Source: a virus
Taxonomy: Duplodnaviria > Caudoviricetes
Direction: 5' to 3' (one strand)
IMG/VR virus record: IMGVR_UViG_3300032130_000003
Location: 1-44,092 of that record
DNA: 44,092 nt
Shown one piece after another: positions 37,206 through 44,092 of this stretch (within the stretch, counting starts at the first letter, position 1; every line of letters begins with the position of its first letter). The notes beneath the pieces are model-generated. The model worked only from the letters and a program-made list of their open reading frames with translations. It did no database searches and had not been told where the DNA came from. The position numbers and the translations under genes were made by a program.

Positions 37206-38510
37206 TTATCTTACAGCCTTAAGAATAATAGTATCGGTATTGATCCTACCGTTGAGTTTAATGTCTACTGCATTGATATTATCCATATATGTACGCAGTT
37301 TAATCTTGCCACAATCTTTAAATTCTTTAATTTTTTCTTCAGGCTTTCTAAGGGTCTTTTGAATAGATGTATCTATAGCAAAACCTGTAATAGTTGTGCC
37401 TTTAACACTTAATCCTGTTCCTTCACGTTCTAAGTGCATCGGATCAATGCTATTAGCTATATATCTTCCCATCTTGCGTGTTTTAACATTAAACACCCAT
37501 AGTTCTTCACATCCTATAATATCAATAGGATTAATACTAGCTAGTTGGAATTTATCATCCTGACGTTTATACTTTAATTTAGAAACTATCTTTTCTTTGC
37601 TACGTGGTGCTCGTTTGCGTGTTTTACGATTAGCTTTAGCAGTATCAATAACTACACCTAATGCACCCATAAAATTGTTAAATCCATCTAATTTAAGTTG
37701 TAGCCCTTTTTTATCATAACATGAATAAGCCTCTTTAAGTTGTTCAGCCCAGTCCTGCTCTTTCTCAGTCATTGTTGCTAGTTGCTTTTTAGATAAAGGA
37801 TTTAGCAATTCGTTTAGCTCTGCTATTTCGTCTTTATAAAAGTCTATCATTCTTCTAGCATGAGCCTGTGTTGTTTTAACGTCAAGAAAATGGTTGCGAA
37901 AGTTAAATCCTTTAGGATTAAATTTGTGTGGATTATCAACCCAACTTTCAAGCCAAGAATCAATTGCGTCTAATTGCATATATGTTTGTTGTTGAATACG
38001 TTCTTGGATAGTAGGCTTAGGACCCCCTACTAGTTTTACTTTAGTTTCGTCTTCTTTTTTCTTTTCTTCTATCACTTTTTCCCCGTCAGTGAACAATTGA
38101 TTTAATTGTTTATGTATCCATTCTGTTGATGCTTTATTTTCCCCCATCAATCCCGGCATACTATCTATATATGCCTGTCCGTCTGGATGAATGTCCGGCA
38201 TACCTCTATTTAACATTCTACATAAAGAACCAGTAGTGCCGTTGAAACGCCAGTCTGGATTTTTACTTATAACCGTAGCCTTGCCTGCCCACTCCTTTTT
38301 TGACTTGCAGTATTCTAATATCCAAGTTTTGTAATGTGAACTTTTATAGTCGTAACGATAAAAATCCATTGCGGCAGATTTTGCTAGATGAAATTTTTCA
38401 GCAGAAAGGCTCAGACCGTTTGAGAGATCTGGTTCGTTCCCTTTAACTCTTGTTCGGGATATTCTTTTTTTCTTTCGTGGAGTTCCTCTAAGATTAATTC
38501 TTCGGGCCAC
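37206..38510 (-). CDS. hypothetical phage protein (434 aa, basic)
   Basis: Long ORF with AAGGAG SD before GTG and a sigma70-like promoter upstream. Confidence 0.8.
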   Translation of the reverse strand: MARRINLRGTPRKKKRISRTRVKGNEPDLSNGLSLSAEKFHLAKSAAMDFYRYDYKSSHYKTWILEYCKSKKEWAGKATVISKNPDWRFNGTTGSLCRMLNRGMPDIHPDGQAYIDSMPGLMGENKASTEWIHKQLNQLFTDGEKVIEEKKKEDETKVKLVGGPKPTIQERIQQQTYMQLDAIDSWLESWVDNPHKFNPKGFNFRNHFLDVKTTQAHARRMIDFYKDEIAELNELLNPLSKKQLATMTEKEQDWAEQLKEAYSCYDKKGLQLKLDGFNNFMGALGVVIDTAKANRKTRKRAPRSKEKIVSKLKYKRQDDKFQLASINPIDIIGCEELWVFNVKTRKMGRYIANSIDPMHLEREGTGLSVKGTTITGFAIDTSIQKTLRKPEEKIKEFKDCGKIKLRTYMDNINAVDIKLNGRINTDTIILKAVR

Positions 38511-38546
38511 CTATTATCTCCTTTGATAATGTCTGATGCATTAGCT

Positions 38547-38574
38547 ATTATATAGCAAGGAAAATAAAAAGCAA
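38547..38574 (-). promoter_or_regulatory. sigma70-like promoter
   Basis: TTGCTT-16 nt-TATAAT; overlaps a 10-bp direct repeat gcaaggaaaa. Confidence 0.5.
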
Positions 38575-38592
38575 GGAAAAGTGAGTTTTTTC

Positions 38593-39924
38593 TTAGAGTT
38601 TTTCGCCCAATTCAAATCCTCTAAAGCATTTGAATCTTGGAAAGCGTAAACTATAAGTGTCTGAATCTTGTGATTGAGTGCGAGCGTCTGCTCTAATTTC
38701 GACTAAAACATTAATGAGGTTATCACGCTCAGCCCAGTAACTATCACGTTGACTGTCACTAAAACCGCTTCCACAGTTAAGGCGATAATTGTATCCATCG
38801 TCTTCTCCTTCAACAATTACAGCACCTAAACGTCCTTCGTTTCGTCCGGTACCTTCTTCAACAGCAACTACTTTTAAAGTTACTTCAATAAATGGTTTTA
38901 GTTTTAACCAATATGCAGAACGTTTACATTCATACGGTGCATCTAGATCTTTAATCATGATACCCTCGTATCCACCGTCTACAGCCGCTTTGTTTACGTC
39001 TGTGTACGTTTTTTGTCCTGCCTGGGTCTCTAGGTCTACTATCTCATGATCCAGCACTTGTACGTGCTCTAAGGCGTCTTTATTCGTTTCGTACCAATGC
39101 TTTAACATTAGTGTTCGTTGTTCTTGTGGTTTATCCCAGCCACCTTCTAAGAAGTCTTTTAATGGAATAAAATCGAAAAGATGTAAAATGGCATCTTTAG
39201 CAGTAACGTTACTTTTGCGATGAACCTGCTTCATTAAGTCTTGGAAGTTATCGCTCATTACTTCTCCGTCCAAAACTAAATCATATGGCGGAGGAGTCTT
39301 TGTAACGACAGTTTGAATTTCGTCAATAATATGTTGAAAGTTTATAAACTGTTTTCCATTTCTGCTAAACTGTTCTATCTTACCATCTTTACGAACGATT
39401 GTTAAAACTCTTACACCGTCCAATTTAACTTCTAGCATTTTTCTACCAGTAAGTTTCTTTTCGTGTTTTGCAGAGTCTTGTGCTAGTTGGCAAGTAAATC
39501 TTGGAACTTCGTATTTGTTAAATCCGTTTTTCTTAGCAACATTGTTTACAGTTTTTTCACTTACACCACAACGTAAATCTTTGATTAGGATTCTACGATA
39601 AAAACCATTCCATTGTTCTGCGGTTGCAGAACTCATTACTAGTTCAATGGCATCACGTGCCGCATGACCTGTAAGTTCTCGTTTATTAAGTTTTTCTGCT
39701 AAATCTTTGAATACTTTCCAATCACAGCCTTGAGCTGAGATAACAGTATCTTTTGTGGGGACTTTTTTAACGCCGAATGTGTATAGAGGATCTAAACACA
39801 TTTTTACGCCTTCGAAGAACTCATCTAGTCCTTCACTCATTGCGTCTTTTAAAATGGATTCTTTAGCTAGACGTGAATTGTCTGCTTCTAGCTTTTCTAT
39901 TATTGCTTGTGGTTGTGTTCTCAT
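38593..39924 (-). CDS. lig: ATP-dependent DNA ligase
   Basis: KLDGVR (motif I), SRNGK, LDGE, FD, EGIMIK, WLKLKP, SLRFPRF. Confidence 0.95.
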   Translation of the reverse strand: MRTQPQAIIEKLEADNSRLAKESILKDAMSEGLDEFFEGVKMCLDPLYTFGVKKVPTKDTVISAQGCDWKVFKDLAEKLNKRELTGHAARDAIELVMSSATAEQWNGFYRRILIKDLRCGVSEKTVNNVAKKNGFNKYEVPRFTCQLAQDSAKHEKKLTGRKMLEVKLDGVRVLTIVRKDGKIEQFSRNGKQFINFQHIIDEIQTVVTKTPPPYDLVLDGEVMSDNFQDLMKQVHRKSNVTAKDAILHLFDFIPLKDFLEGGWDKPQEQRTLMLKHWYETNKDALEHVQVLDHEIVDLETQAGQKTYTDVNKAAVDGGYEGIMIKDLDAPYECKRSAYWLKLKPFIEVTLKVVAVEEGTGRNEGRLGAVIVEGEDDGYNYRLNCGSGFSDSQRDSYWAERDNLINVLVEIRADARTQSQDSDTYSLRFPRFKCFRGFELGEKL

Positions 39925-39959
39925 TTGTTTGCCTCTCAGTGCCTAATTGTTATAATACT

Positions 39960-39988
39960 ATTATACAATCGTTATCCAAATAAGTCAA
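39960..39988 (-). promoter_or_regulatory. sigma70 promoter for the ligase
   Basis: TTGACT-17 nt-TATAAT. Confidence 0.85.
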
Positions 39989-39993
39989 CCTTT

Positions 39994-40191
39994 TTATTCC
40001 ATTTTTGGACAGGCTTCTTCAGTAGCTTTTAAACCATCTTCTTTACTGTAAATCCATACAGAACTTGATACTACAGTACCATTTTCTGTAACTTCACACT
40101 TCTTACCAAAAGCAAGTGCTGGTTCTTTTGGAATTTGAGAACATCCGACTATTGCTATAGTCATCAGTGGTATCATTATCCATTTTAACAT
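39994..40191 (-). CDS. small lipoprotein
   Basis: Lipobox IVGC after a hydrophobic signal; two further Cys. Confidence 0.7.
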   Translation of the reverse strand: MLKWIMIPLMTIAIVGCSQIPKEPALAFGKKCEVTENGTVVSSSVWIYSKEDGLKATEEACPKME

Positions 40192-40406
40192 TATGTTACA
40201 TCCTTTCTAATTATATGTTTTCTTAAAGCTCTAACTAATCGTTCAATATTGTCTATAATATCTATCAATGTTTTGTCTTTAATAAAGTGTTGTTCTTCTT
40301 TTAACTGATCGTACTCCTTTAGCGGAATAGTTACAGTTCGCCTTGAAGTTACTTCATTTTCATAACTTAAATTTTCGGCGTGTTCTTTGTCTAATGCATC
40401 ATCCAT
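40191..40406 (-). CDS. hypothetical protein (71 aa)
   Basis: AAGGAG SD; TVTIPLKEYDQL. Confidence 0.7.
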   Translation of the reverse strand: MDDALDKEHAENLSYENEVTSRRTVTIPLKEYDQLKEEQHFIKDKTLIDIIDNIERLVRALRKHIIRKDVT

Positions 40407-40441
40407 ATAACTCCTTACTAGTCTTATATAGTGTTACATTA

Positions 40442-40518
40442 TGGCGGACCCGAAGAGATTCGAACTCCTGGCCTTTGGTTCCGCAAACCAACGCTCTATC
40501 CAACTGAGCTACGGGTCC
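40442..40518 (-). tRNA. tRNA-Arg (anticodon GCG)
   Basis: GGACCCG/CGGGTCC acceptor, GCTC/GAGC D-stem, TTGGT-TTGCGGA-ACCAA anticodon arm, TTCGAAT T-loop, encoded CCA. Confidence 0.95.
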
Positions 40519-40522
40519 GTCT

Positions 40523-41032
40523 TTATACTGTATACTCTTTTTTGGCTTTTGTCAAATACTTTTTAAGTTTAGGCCATTGGTCTTGTTCTACAATATAGCC
40601 TACACATTTTGGTGAGCCACATTTACAAGGATGATCAAGGATATCATCACGATCATAATCATAGCCGTAGTTATAATTTAATTCTTTATTTTTATTAATA
40701 TCTTTTTTTGCGTATATCCAAATATGATCTTTTTTAATTTTTATATCACAATTTGGTTCGCATGAATGATTAATTAGTCTTGCGTGGTTTCGTGGAAATT
40801 TGCCATCAATAAGATAATGATGACTTAATTCGAATATCCATACTTTAGGAAGGTGTTTGTCTGCTCTTTTATAACCTATTTTCTTTTTAACTTTCTCGCC
40901 TGTGTATTCTATAATTGTTGTGCCTTTTGGAATAGGCTTACTAGCAAAGAGACCGGACCCGTGTACTTTGGATTTCTTCTTATACCAAAATTTTTTAAAT
41001 TGGGCAGGTAACGGTGAGTTGTGGTATTGCAT
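40523..41032 (-). CDS. SET-domain protein lysine methyltransferase with post-SET Cys cluster
   Basis: HGSGLFA, IEYTGE, ARLINHSCEPN, ELNYNY, CKCGSPKC. Confidence 0.92.
   Translation of the reverse strand: MQYHNSPLPAQFKKFWYKKKSKVHGSGLFASKPIPKGTTIIEYTGEKVKKKIGYKRADKHLPKVWIFELSHHYLIDGKFPRNHARLINHSCEPNCDIKIKKDHIWIYAKKDINKNKELNYNYGYDYDRDDILDHPCKCGSPKCVGYIVEQDQWPKLKKYLTKAKKEYTV
40527..40555 (-). promoter_or_regulatory. sigma70-type promoter for tRNA-Arg, inside the SET gene 3' end
   Basis: TTGACA-17 nt-TACAGT, 8 nt before tRNA G1. Confidence 0.65.
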
Positions 41033-41165
41033 TCTCTACGAGTTCATCTTTTGAACTTCCGTGTATTGAGACTCCTGTATATGTGTCGCACGTCTTTATA
41101 TATCTAATTGTACTTGTACATCCAGATAGAAAAAGAATTACTATTAAGGCGGCGACTAAATTCAT
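40995..41165 (-). CDS. small lipoprotein (56 aa)
   Basis: Manual translation MNLVAALIVILFLSGCTSTIRYIKTCDTYTG...TVTCPI; canonical LSGC lipobox; TAAATA 6 nt upstream. Confidence 0.7.
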   Translation of the reverse strand: MNLVAALIVILFLSGCTSTIRYIKTCDTYTGVSIHGSSKDELVENAIPQLTVTCPI

Positions 41166-41181
41166 TAGTACTATTTACTTC

Positions 41182-41222
41182 AAAAAAAATGGGCAACACC
41201 AGTAGTGGTGCCACCCATTTTT
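41182..41222 (-). terminator. intrinsic terminator (possibly bidirectional)
   Basis: AAAAAATGGG...CACCA-GTAG-TGGTG...CCCATTTTT hairpin with A/T tracts on both sides, after the wHTH gene. Confidence 0.75.
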
Positions 41223-41245
41223 AGGATTGAATTAACTAGAAAATC

Positions 41246-41491
41246 TTAGTTAACTGCTGTTGCAAGTGCTTTGTAACCAGCGGCTACAACTGCTCTGCTC
41301 GGCGTTCCAAGTCTGTACTTCCTAGTACCGTTCTTTTTGGTATTAAGATAGACAGCATGGCCAGAAAAACGTAAGCTCTGGATTACCGATTGCGGATTAC
41401 CCGCACCAAATCGTGTTGCGATTTGATTACTTGTTAGTTCTTTTCCACTCTTAAGAGCAGTTAGAACTGAGTCTTGAATTGTTTGCTTCAT
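41246..41491 (-). CDS. small winged helix-turn-helix DNA-binding protein
   Basis: VLTALKSGKELTSNQIATRFG...VIQSLRFSGHAVY...KYRLG; AAGGAGGT SD. Confidence 0.75.
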   Translation of the reverse strand: MKQTIQDSVLTALKSGKELTSNQIATRFGAGNPQSVIQSLRFSGHAVYLNTKKNGTRKYRLGTPSRAVVAAGYKALATAVN

Positions 41492-41546
41492 TATAGAAAC
41501 CTCCTTATTAATAAGTGAGAGACTAATCTCTCATTCAAGTTTTACT

Positions 41547-41575
41547 ATTGTACTATAATACTTTATCTCTGTCAA
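41547..41575 (-). promoter_or_regulatory. sigma70 promoter for the wHTH gene
   Basis: TTGACA-17 nt-TACAAT. Confidence 0.8.
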
Positions 41576-41590
41576 CCTCTTGTCCACCAA

Positions 41591-42178
41591 TTATGTGAAA
41601 TCAGGACCATGTATCCATCCAACTAATGACTTTCGAGTACCTTTTGTAATAGGATGGACTTGGTGAGGTATCCAAGAAGGGAATAAAACCATTTCATATT
41701 TGTGTAATTTAAAAATTTTATTATCACCACCTGTCCATATTTCAAGTTCACCACCTTGATATTCGTCTTCATCATTTAATCCAATAGAAAATGATAACTT
41801 TCTTGCATCACCATTTATTCCTTTTAAGGCGGCATCGGCGTGACACTTATAATGTCCACCTGGTGGATATACACTATATTGGAGAGTTTCTATGTATGTA
41901 AGAATAAAATTAAAATACTCGTGATTAGCTTTAGTAGTTACGGCTGTTAGTTTACTATATAAATCTGAATTTGATCGAGTATCAATCCAAGCTATTTCTG
42001 TTACCCGTACATTTGGATTTTGATCCCCATCTGCTTCGTCAGTAATAAATTTAGCTGGTTGTAAAAGGTCATGTTGTTTTACATATTGTTCTAATTCTTC
42101 CAACAAAGCATCATTTAAGACATTTCTTATTATATAAAAGAATTCTTTATTATCTGATGTTGAATTAATCCAAAACAT
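41591..42178 (-). CDS. PKHD/prolyl-hydroxylase-type 2OG-Fe(II) oxygenase
   Basis: HAD, RKLSFS, YQGGEL, FPSWIPHQVHPITKGTRKSLVGW. Confidence 0.88.
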   Translation of the reverse strand: MFWINSTSDNKEFFYIIRNVLNDALLEELEQYVKQHDLLQPAKFITDEADGDQNPNVRVTEIAWIDTRSNSDLYSKLTAVTTKANHEYFNFILTYIETLQYSVYPPGGHYKCHADAALKGINGDARKLSFSIGLNDEDEYQGGELEIWTGGDNKIFKLHKYEMVLFPSWIPHQVHPITKGTRKSLVGWIHGPDFT

Positions 42179-42181
42179 TTT

Positions 42182-43009
42182 TTACCTAAATAGTGATCGA
42201 GGAACTCGTAAGTAATCTTTTCCTAGTCTTCCTTCTGTTTCAAAATAGCTTCTACATATACAGTTTGTAAATTCTCCAAATCTCCAACCAACAGTTGCCT
42301 GAACGTTCATATGAATAGATGGTTCAGTTACTGATGTGTTAACCATAATGTGTTTTCGATAAGGATTTAAAATATATACTTTACCTTCAGAAATCGGTAC
42401 AGTTCCAAAATCTTCAACTACTGTATGACATTTCTTTCCAGGTTCTTTTAGTGATACTGTAATTGGCCAAATAGATTTTTGGTCGTCTAATAGTTCTTCT
42501 TTATTTGGATTTATATTATCATTATGTGGCCCAATAGATCCGTTAGGTTCAAGTTTTACAAAACGTATTTTATTATATGAACCAGCTGGGAAATCTCCAT
42601 CCCACCAGGCTGTAATATTAGGAATTTTAGGCATCAGTTCTTTTGAAAAGGCACCTTTTGTATCATATGCTTCTTTAAGATTAGTTCTATCCCCATCTTC
42701 TCCAAATAAGGTACAACCGTATGCACCTTCGTGGCTAGGATTTTCATATTTTGTATAAAGATTTTCTTCGTCTATTAATTGAGTTTCTATTTGACCCATA
42801 TGGTGCCAAGCTAATGGAACAAATTCTCCTCCTTTTACGTTCATAAGATTCAGTTCACACCAGCCCATGTTTCCGTCACGCATTTGTGTTATAATCCATT
42901 TAGTAACTGCTACAGCATCAGTTTCATCTATAGTGTCATCTGGAAACTTAGGTAAGTCCCAAGTTTTATCTTTATGTTCTAAATAAAATTCTTCAGTTTC
43001 TTTATTCAT
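42182..43009 (-). CDS. Asp/Asn beta-hydroxylase-like cupin oxygenase
   Basis: IRFVKLEPNGSIGPHND...GKVYILNPYRKH. Confidence 0.6.
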   Translation of the reverse strand: MNKETEEFYLEHKDKTWDLPKFPDDTIDETDAVAVTKWIITQMRDGNMGWCELNLMNVKGGEFVPLAWHHMGQIETQLIDEENLYTKYENPSHEGAYGCTLFGEDGDRTNLKEAYDTKGAFSKELMPKIPNITAWWDGDFPAGSYNKIRFVKLEPNGSIGPHNDNINPNKEELLDDQKSIWPITVSLKEPGKKCHTVVEDFGTVPISEGKVYILNPYRKHIMVNTSVTEPSIHMNVQATVGWRFGEFTNCICRSYFETEGRLGKDYLRVPRSLFR

Positions 43010-43185
43010 TTATTTCGTGAGGTACCCATTAAATGGTCTTCGCCTCTAGAAACTGTAAAACGAGCGGTTGTTTTTCCTTTCTCGTTTAGCTCATCGCGAA
43101 GCTTTTTAGCATCCATTTTATTTTCGAAGTTTTCAGTTTCGAATTTTCGTGTTTTTGAATCATATACTCTAAATAATCGTTGCAT
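43006..43185 (-). CDS. hypothetical protein (59 aa)
   Basis: Manual translation MQRLFRVYDSKTRKFE...VSRGEDHLMGTSRNK; AGGAG SD; ATGA coupling to the next gene. Confidence 0.75.
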   Translation of the reverse strand: MQRLFRVYDSKTRKFETENFENKMDAKKLRDELNEKGKTTARFTVSRGEDHLMGTSRNK

Positions 43186-43194
43186 TGTTATCTC

Positions 43195-43569
43195 CTATCC
43201 TCTAAGGCTAATAATGGGTGCTTGGAGCCCCCGGAGGGAATCGAACCCCCGTCTAGGACTTACAAAGACCTTGCTAAACCACTCAGCTACAGGGGCATTG
43301 TTTTTAATATACTTTCTGTACTTAACTCTGTCATTTGATTCTTCTAACTCTTGTAATTTTCTTTCATCTACACATAATATATTAGAACGGACTTTATCAA
43401 TATTTGGTTTAGCTTGTAATATCCCCTCAAGCAATTCATTTCTATGTTCTTCTAAGTAAGTTGCACAATCCCATCTATTTGTAAAAATTTCTTTTTGATA
43501 TTCAATATAAGCTGGTTGGTTAGTTGGGGTGTTTCCTAAATAAAATATAAAGATGATATACCAATACAT
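43195..43569 (-). CDS. hypothetical protein with hydrophobic N-terminus; reading frame runs through tRNA-Thr
   Basis: AGGAG SD before ATG 43569 (MYWYIIFIFYLG...); no stop until 43195. Confidence 0.6.
   Translation of the reverse strand: MYWYIIFIFYLGNTPTNQPAYIEYQKEIFTNRWDCATYLEEHRNELLEGILQAKPNIDKVRSNILCVDERKLQELEESNDRVKYRKYIKNNAPVAEWFSKVFVSPRRGFDSLRGLQAPIISLRG
43223..43296 (-). tRNA. tRNA-Thr (anticodon TGT)
   Basis: GCCCCTG/CGGGGGC acceptor (C2-G71), AGGTC-TTTGTAA-GTCCT anticodon arm with one T-T mismatch, TTCGATT T-loop, encoded CCA. Confidence 0.9.
43306..43334 (-). promoter_or_regulatory. sigma70-like promoter for tRNA-Thr
   Basis: ATGACA-17 nt-TATATT, 9 nt before tRNA G1. Confidence 0.5.
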
Positions 43570-43570
43570 A

Positions 43571-43780
43571 CTACTCCTGAAATTCAGGGACATACATTTC
43601 CTTGCATTTCCCTTCCAAATGGTCAACACGTTCTTGAAGAAAACTTATAGTTGTATGAATATGACCTGTATCATGAGGTCGAAGTAGTGTTTTATACAAC
43701 GCAATTTCCTGTTTTAAAATATTAACTCTAATCAAATCACCAGAAAAGTCTTTACGGGGTTTCTTTAATTTCTTCATCAT
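43571..43780 (-). CDS. hypothetical protein (69 aa)
   Basis: PHDTGHIHTTISFLQERV motif; packed between neighbours. Confidence 0.7.
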   Translation of the reverse strand: MMKKLKKPRKDFSGDLIRVNILKQEIALYKTLLRPHDTGHIHTTISFLQERVDHLEGKCKEMYVPEFQE

Positions 43781-43991
43781 TAGTACTTATTTCCGGCTCT
43801 TCCTCAACGAACAAGTTTGTGAGATCAACTCCTTCCTCTAATTGCTTTAAAGCATCATGTTGGGATTTGGCGATACCTTTTCGTATCATTTTTGTTAGTA
43901 TAAAGACTAGTGAATATTTGTCTAAAGATTCGTATTTGGATAATATATCATTTGAATAATATGCATTGGGTGATTTTTTATCCATTTGCAT
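43752..43991 (-). CDS. hypothetical protein (start 43991 or 43985)
   Basis: ORF overlapping the stop of the deaminase; acidic C-terminus. Confidence 0.6.
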   Translation of the reverse strand: MQMDKKSPNAYYSNDILSKYESLDKYSLVFILTKMIRKGIAKSQHDALKQLEEGVDLTNLFVEEEPEISTNDEEIKETP

Positions 43992-44091
43992 TTACACAAT
44001 GCACGTTGATTTTACTTTTATTAAGAAACTCTACTCCGTCTTGCGATCGGTATTCATGTTTGTAATAAACGGTTGTGATACCGCTGTGATA
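43978..44091 (-). CDS. dCMP deaminase, C-terminal end (starts outside the window)
   Basis: YHSGITTVYYKHEYRSQDGVEFLNKSKINV resembles the ComEB/dCMP deaminase C-terminus; active-site motifs not in window. Confidence 0.7.
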   Translation of the reverse strand, partial: YHSGITTVYYKHEYRSQDGVEFLNKSKINVHCVNANG

Positions 44092-44092
44092 A

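Noticed and set aside
38555-38580. 10-bp direct repeat gcaaggaaaa as an iteron or origin
   Set aside because: Only two copies, overlapping a promoter; not enough to call an origin.
40442-43296. tRNAs as prophage or island attachment sites
   Set aside because: No integrase and no duplicated tRNA 3' end in the window; genes on both sides are phage-like.
43214-43459. + strand 81-aa ORF across tRNA-Thr
   Set aside because: Antisense to both the tRNA and a CDS; typical spurious tRNA-antisense translation.
1-44092. CRISPR array or other non-coding repeat array
   Set aside because: Intergenic gaps are under about 100 nt and all repeats found are in-frame protein repeats.
1-44092. Stop-codon reassignment
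   Set aside because: Genes are full length and densely packed under code 11; TAA, TGA and TAG all end genes; no suppressor tRNA.

Overview
AT-rich segment of a large T4-superfamily-like (probably jumbo) myophage, most likely marine. An alphaproteobacterial host is inferred only from gene content (SbmA/BacA, IscA, SET protein). Almost all genes are on the - strand. Left end: two paralogous 2OG-Fe(II) oxygenases, MazG-like protein, GroES and a truncated DNA polymerase III alpha (DnaE) fragment. About 3.1-25.4 kb: baseplate/fibre module with a 2701-aa protein, two subtilases, a YHYH protein, SbmA/BacA and IscA. About 26.6-31 kb: GH73 glucosaminidase, two glycosyltransferase-like genes, three oxygenases and QueD. 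31-35.3 kb: an inverted (+) tail-fibre cassette. Right end: ATP-dependent DNA ligase, SET protein, tRNA-Arg(GCG), tRNA-Thr(TGT), wHTH protein, two more oxygenases and the 3' end of a dCMP deaminase. Sigma70 promoters and T4-like late TAAATA boxes recur at gene boundaries. Best candidates for new biology: (1) three phycobiliprotein-like domains that keep the bilin-attachment C-x-R-D motif inside the giant virion protein, in the same module as a blue-copper-like fibre tip and an IscA gene, suggesting a cofactor-carrying virion; (2) a preQ1-I-riboswitch-like pseudoknot in the queD leader. All family assignments come from motif recognition by eye; no searches were run and reference sequences are quoted from memory.
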